A stretch of 41,735 nt of DNA from Folioceros fuciformis (Eukaryota): the NCBI GenBank assembly GCA_049999805.1, contig JBNGIO010006246.1, positions 1 through 41,735 of the forward strand, read 5' to 3'. Numbering within the stretch: position 1 is the stretch's first letter; every line of letters begins with the position of its first letter. Below, piece by piece: positions 36,240-41,735 of the stretch. Made by a program: the position numbers and the translations under genes. The notes under the pieces were generated by a model. It was not told the origin of the DNA, made no database searches, and saw nothing but the letters and a program-made list of their open reading frames with translations.

Positions 36240-36781
36240 TCAATACCCTTGGTACACATAATCGGTGTGAAATCCGGAACCCTGGGACGGCGCAGCTGGC
36301 GGTGGTGGTGAAGGCGGTGGCGAAGTCGCTTCTGAGGAAGGTTTTGCTTCCGCCAGACTTCGCCTCTCTTGGCTGGATGATCTCATACCCGTCTCGACCT
36401 CAGGCTCCTGTCCACAAAAGCATGGATTCCGGCAGGTAAGTCAGCTCCCACGTCGCACACACTGTGAAAGAAAACCCGATCCGTCTGGCTGCGGATGCAG
36501 GGGGGAAGAGAAAGAGTGTAGAAGCTTACAAACTTATACTCGCTGACGAGGCTCAACAAATTCCTGCTTCCAGCTTGCGCGGATGACAGCACGAGAGCTG
36601 CAGAATCAACACATCAGAGCACGGGTGAGGAAGCGCACGGCAGCGTTTATGGAAAACTGTGCTGAATGTGAGGTGAAATGTGGTGAGCACCTGCTTCCGT
36701 GAGAGGACGGATGCTCTGGGCTGAGACATGAAGCAGGGCGAAGCAGAGGAGCAGAAGCCAGGCTCTGGCGAGACAAGCCAT
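36240..36781 (-). CDS. Secreted small-peptide precursor, phytosulfokine (PSK)-like, 108 aa, 3 exons
   Basis: Exons 36781-36691, 36597-36530 and 36407-36240 with GT-AG introns of 93 and 122 nt splice in frame to MACLARAWLLLLCFALLHVSAQSIRPLTEAALVLSSAQAGSRNLLSLVSEYKFEPEVETGMRSSSQERRSLAEAKPSSEATSPPPSPPPPAAPSQGSGFHTDYVYQGY*. It has a hydrophobic signal peptide, an RRSL basic motif and a C-terminal HTDYxY motif. Confidence 0.72.
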
Positions 36782-38954
36782 TTCCGAAAATTGTTGAGAC
36801 TTCTCGCGGTCGCAAATAGCTCAGTCCCGAACAAATGACCAGCAGCAGGGTTCGAGTGTAAACAGACACTCCAGGGAGGTTGCACTGTGGGAGGACTCTG
36901 TGCCGGCTTGAAGCACAACCTTGTCCTCACCTTCCTGCCCTCTAGCTCTCTTGACGCACAGTCACGAGTTAGATAGTGCATCTGACAGGGCCATGGTTGA
37001 CCTTTGTAGGTGCAATAGAGAGAAGGAGGCCGGCCTCGGTGGAGCTGCACGAGTAGACGTGAGAGGAAATGATGAGAGACCGCGGCGGCTCTGGTGCAGG
37101 TTTCCAGGTATAGGGGATGTAGCTGCAGCGGTGGTCTGGAGAGAGATGGTATCGCAATGAAAATAAAATCCAGCATTGGGGCCAGGGAGTACATACAGTA
37201 CTGTGGAGGAGTGTTGTTGGCTCTTGCCCCCTCATTGGCTGCAATGCGGCCACAAGGCAGATAGATAAGAGGAAGTGATCCACGATTTGTTTCCTTACCG
37301 AACAAGTTGCAACAACATGGTTCGAAGCATAAAAGGCACTTGGGTCTTGGGAATTGGAGCAGCAAGCGTCCGAGGCTGGGGCCCTGGATGAGCAGGACAA
37401 CACTGTTTGCAGCTTTCTGCTAGGGGCAGGTTAAGGTCAAATGAGAGAGAGGCAGAACCTGCCTGCGTCACTCCTTCCCTCCGGCTTTCGTTCGTGCCTT
37501 TTCACGTCTAGATTATATGCTACAGACTTGTCTCTGTGAGCCACGCCATCTGCCGTCTGTCCAGCTGACAATGCAAAGGAGAATGGGGCATCCCCAGCTG
37601 TACTGCCTGTCCTTCCGGCTTGCTGCAGGGAAGCAGCAGCAGGAGTGCTTGATGGTGGGCTGATGCAACGGGGTAGCTTGGCTGGGACATTGTTACTATA
37701 CCAATGGGACGGAGTTGGTCATCCGAAGAGTGAGGGCAAGTGCAGTGCAGCTCTCGCACAAAGACGTCTTTATGGCTCGTGCATGCAGGGGCCACGGAAA
37801 CGAAGAGAAGGCAAAAATAGAGAGAGGTAGCTACACCTGTTATGGTCGTTGAGTGTCCCGGGCAACTTGGTTGCATCGCGGACACGCATTAACGGCGGTT
37901 TCCAATGCCATGGCGGGCCTCGAGTCGGCAGCATTCCTTTCTGCCAGCAATATATCCCCGCGTGTCACCACGAGGAGCCAGCTGACGTGAAAAAATAGGC
38001 AACAGCCGCAGAAAATTGCCAACATCTGGACGGGACAAGATTGGAGATGCTGGGCCCGCCTTCCACCGCTCTTGAAAGCTGGACACATGTCGGTACCCCA
38101 GGCAGACGCTCGTTATCAGGGCCGTTATGTATGGTGTAGGTCAAGGTGTATGGAGCTTGGCTCCCAGCCCTCCTCGCCGAGTCGCCGGGCCCGGACACCT
38201 CTCCTTCACCTACAAATTGTTCTAGATGATGAGCTTTTCAATGAACTTGAACTCCTGTTATGAATAATCACTCTGCATATTTATCAGATAGAGGTTCACA
38301 CCGTGGTGTCTAATCCATAGGTGTCTTGCCTCGTCGTGTTGATACGACACTCCTCAGTGGAGACCAAAGCTGAGGAGAGATGCTTGCATCCGTTGGTTGG
38401 TGATCGAGGGACGGCAGCTTAGCTTCATGTTTTTGTTACCGAATTCGAAGACTCTGTAGATGTATACCCAACCCTTGTGGACTCAAAGTATACCTACATC
38501 AATTGCCGGATTAGGAAACCCCAGAGCATGTAATCCAAAGACACTGCTAGGCGATCTCGCAGCACAACAGGCCCAAACCGTCCAGAGACTCCATCCAAGC
38601 ACTAAGCCGTGAAAGTTGGGATGTGTGCACCCCATCCGCCATGAAGAACGGAGAAAAATACCCCATCCGAGCACCTTGTCCGTCTGATCACCGTGGGTTT
38701 TAGGGAAGGCATGTTTGGATGCCATTCCAAGGGAGGACAATGTGTAGGCTTCTTGCCGCTAGCACGACTCGGTATGCAGTCACGACGGAGGCACCTTCCG
38801 GCCAACCCTTTCATCACCGTGGCCGGCTTGCCAAACTATTGGAAACTTGACTACCTACCTCGATTCGTGTTTAAGCTTGCGGCTGGCTGTACTGCACGTC
38901 TCAGGCCTTGTTTGCAAGGTGAGGTTTAGGGCTTTGTTTAATTGGAGTCCAGCG

Positions 38955-40355
38955 ATGGGCGATAGCTCCGGGAGGCAGCCTCCTCCTCCTTGTGCATCCC
39001 GGTATCTGGAGCCGAGCTACTGGTAATTCTTGAACACTCTTCTTAGATGAGCTGTATGGGCAGCAATGGGTTTTCTCGCAAATCTGTGAATTGCAGTCCT
39101 CCTCAGGAACGCGCGGTTTTCGACAGAGGAGCACTACGAGTGGTGCAGGGATTACTCCCACTTTCAGCACTTGATTCAGGAACACGTCACATTGTCTGAT
39201 ACCGTGAGTTCCTGATACTGGCTTCGAGTGGCCTTGAATGTGCCTTCAGCAGATTGTGCTGTTCTTCGTACAGGTTAGGTCGTGGTAGTCGGTACTGCAG
39301 GGGAAGTGGTTTGGTCCTTCACAAGACATGATGTCTGCTCTCAGGTGCTCGAAGTAGGTTGCGGAAGTTCACGTCTGAGTGAAAGTATGTTCAACAGCGG
39401 CATTAGTCGGATCACATGTAGTGATTTGTCGCCTGTGGCCATCGAGCATGTTAGGAAACGTTGCGCTGCACTTGGATACGAAGGTCAGCAGCACTTCAGG
39501 ATGGCGATGCGCGTGGATTCGTGTTGAGTATTTTTGGGAATCTTCTGATAATGGGTAGCTCTTTGCAGGCATCATACCAGTTGTGGCCGATATGTTGAAT
39601 CTGCCATTCCAGGACTGCAGCTTTGACGTGGTCATAGAGAAGGGGACTATGGTGGGTACCCGGAGCCTTCCCGTAGTACAGCTCAGAACTATGACTGAAG
39701 GGGTCTTGCCTGAGCTTTCGCCTTAGATTCTGTGAGAGGTTCAGCTCTCAATTGATGATGCTAATTGCAACAGTAAAAGGATGTCCTTTTTGTGGATAGT
39801 GGTGATCCATGGAATCCAAAGCAAGATGTGAAGAGTAAAGTGCTTGCGATGCTGGCAGAGGTACATCGTGTGTTGACACCAGCTGGGACTTTCATCTCGA
39901 TTTCTTTCGGGCAGGTAGTGTTATGCGGGTTCCCACATCTGAAGCTGACGATGAAAACTTTCTTATCCTTCGTTCATCTCGTAACTATGGTGCCTGTACC
40001 TCATTTTTCACAGCCACATTTCAGGCGGCCTTTCTTTGAAGCGGAGGGATTCACGTGGTCCATGCAGTGGACCACTTTTGGTGAGGACTTCCACTATTTC
40101 TTCTACACGTTGAAAAAGGTGAGTAGTAGAGTTGTATCGTTCTCTTCTTGGTAACACGTTTTGATCCTGCCGTCTGAAGAGTCTAGATGGGGCATGGCTC
40201 GTGCACAGGGTACGAAAAGTACGACCACTGTCTCAGACTCGTCGGGTTCAACTCACCTCCAACAGTTCAGTGAAAATATGGAGCATGAGTACATGGATGA
40301 TGAGAATTATTTGTTCCGGTCGACTTTGGCAAATGAAGAGGAGGAAGACTCATAA
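38955..40355 (+). CDS. SAM-dependent methyltransferase, EEF1A lysine methyltransferase 4-like, multi-exon
   Basis: Exons encode YLEPSYWNARFSTEEHYEW, VLEVGCGSSRLS (motif I), SDLSPVAI, ADMLNLPFQDCSFDVVIEKGTM-DVLFVDSGDPWNP, EVHRVL..GTFISISFGQPHFRRPF, FHYFFYTLKK. Confidence 0.88.
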
Positions 40356-40597
40356 TGGGCCGGTGGCAGTGATGGACGAGGATCGCTGGCTTGCACGAAG
40401 AAACTCTTTTTTTTGCCGGCTTTTGTGGAGAATTGACAGACATCAAATGATGCTCTGGGGGTGAAGAGTACATTCCCATGATGACATTACTCTGATGATT
40501 GTGCCTCGATGGAAGGCTTGCGTTCACTTTCTGACTTCCTGATGAGCAACGAAAATTCTCATTGCGTTTCACAGGTGCTTTGTGTCTGGCGGAAGGA

Positions 40598-41735
40598 TTA
40601 GATAGTAGCTGTTAGAACAATGTAGGATAGGAGTCGATATGCCACAACATATGCAGCCATGACCACCACACTGATCCATTTGCTTTGTTGATAAAGCCCA
40701 GCTTGCTGGAGTACACCTTCCCCGGTCAACTGGCAGTGCAGCATCTCGACGTTGTCCACGGAAAGCAGATCTTCAGGAAAGTGTCTCAACAGGAAGCACT
40801 TGTCTCTGAGGCCCGAGAATTCGTTTATGAGGAGAGCATCAAGAGGGTATTTGAATAGGGACAGGTAACTGAGGAACACCATGAAGTTGGGAATGTCATG
40901 CTTAGCAATGAAGTAACCCGAAAACAGAAAGAAGGCCCCCAACAGCCCTTGCGTGACGCAGTTCCCACTGATGTGGTCAGGTACCAAGGTAGACACTAGC
41001 GCAACGACGGAGTTGCCCGTGATCAGGCTTAACCAGACAACCATGAGAAAGAAGAAAAAGTTGGCGACAGTAGAACACAACCCAGCCATGAAGTAAACCG
41101 GGATAGCGAAGGCAACCGCTTCCGGAAACAAGAAGACCATGAACGCGAAGGAAGTCGACGACACGTATGACGATTTTCTGTAAGCACCGCGTGATACCTC
41201 GCTCGTCATCACGATCCCTTCCTGCAGGAAGATGGGCAGCCCTCGGTTGCCGGCACTGATCGATCAAAGGAAGACTTGTTTAAGGAAGGAAAGAGGCCGT
41301 AAACAACTTGGGAAATCGATATCGGATTGACGTGTACCAACCTGGTGAGTAGGAACATGAGGCAGTAGGCCAGAAGCCCGTTCCGTTGTCGAATACCCCG
41401 CTCGTCGAGATGCCGGCCGGTCCGGAAGAAGAGCGTCCCCAGAGTCAGAGACGTGAGAAAGTTCTGCACCATGGAGAACTGGAGCAGGGTTCGGGAGGCA
41501 GGATGGAACGTGGTTCTGTAGAAACGTGTGGCGAGAATCCACGTCTCCATCGCCCATTTGTTGTTGTAATTGAATTCAGTGACAGGCGGGACCAAGTGTT
41601 GACAAAGTGTTTCCGTTTGTGTTGCCCTGGGCGTCCTCGTTGGTTGAGGAGGCAAGACACAACCATGGTGGATGGCGAATTCCAGGGCAGTCATCTCCGG
41701 CGGGACGCAATGTCCGGCATCGCGCAGCCTGGAGG
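40598..41735 (-). CDS. Half-size ABCG (WBC) transporter, C-terminal ABC-2 transmembrane domain; 5' part outside the window
   Basis: LEFAI..ETWILATRF..LGTLFF..RNGLLAY, intron 41341-41256, then GLPIFLQE..EVSRGAYRKSSYV, GAFFLFSGYFI, YLSLFKYPLDALLINEF, YRLLSY. Confidence 0.9.

Noticed and set aside
37520-37885. 121-aa minus-strand ORF with a short hydrophobic stretch
   Set aside because: No recognisable motif or splice support; likely upstream non-coding DNA of the peptide gene.

Overview
Eukaryotic (land-plant) nuclear DNA with compact, GC-rich genes and short (~80-150 nt) introns, separated by AT-rich repeat/TE-derived blocks. The gene style and a PLS-class PPR gene with a 'PGxSWW' box suggest a non-seed plant, most likely a hornwort (inference). 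Genes in order: SWI3C/D-type SWI/SNF subunit (-); degenerate LTR/TE block with a 40/50-bp minisatellite; a ~33-motif PLS-E+ PPR gene split by a 2-nt frameshift (-); thylakoid K+/H+ antiporter KEA3 (+); a choline-transporter-like (CTL/PNS1) gene spanning a 400-N gap (+); Di19 zinc-finger gene (-); GT37 fucosyltransferase (+); DNA polymerase epsilon subunit B (+); a small membrane protein (-); an AT-rich block with a 32-bp minisatellite and an interstitial telomeric array; an EEF1AKMT4-like methyltransferase (+); and the 3' end of a half-size ABCG transporter (-). The most notable find is absent from the ORF track: a three-exon gene (36240-36781, -) for a 108-aa secreted precursor with a signal peptide, an extensin-like SPPPSPPPP segment and a C-terminal HTD-YVYQGY motif, i.e. 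a phytosulfokine-like precursor with a non-canonical mature peptide. Three U12 (minor spliceosome) introns are also visible, one in Di19 and two in DPB2.
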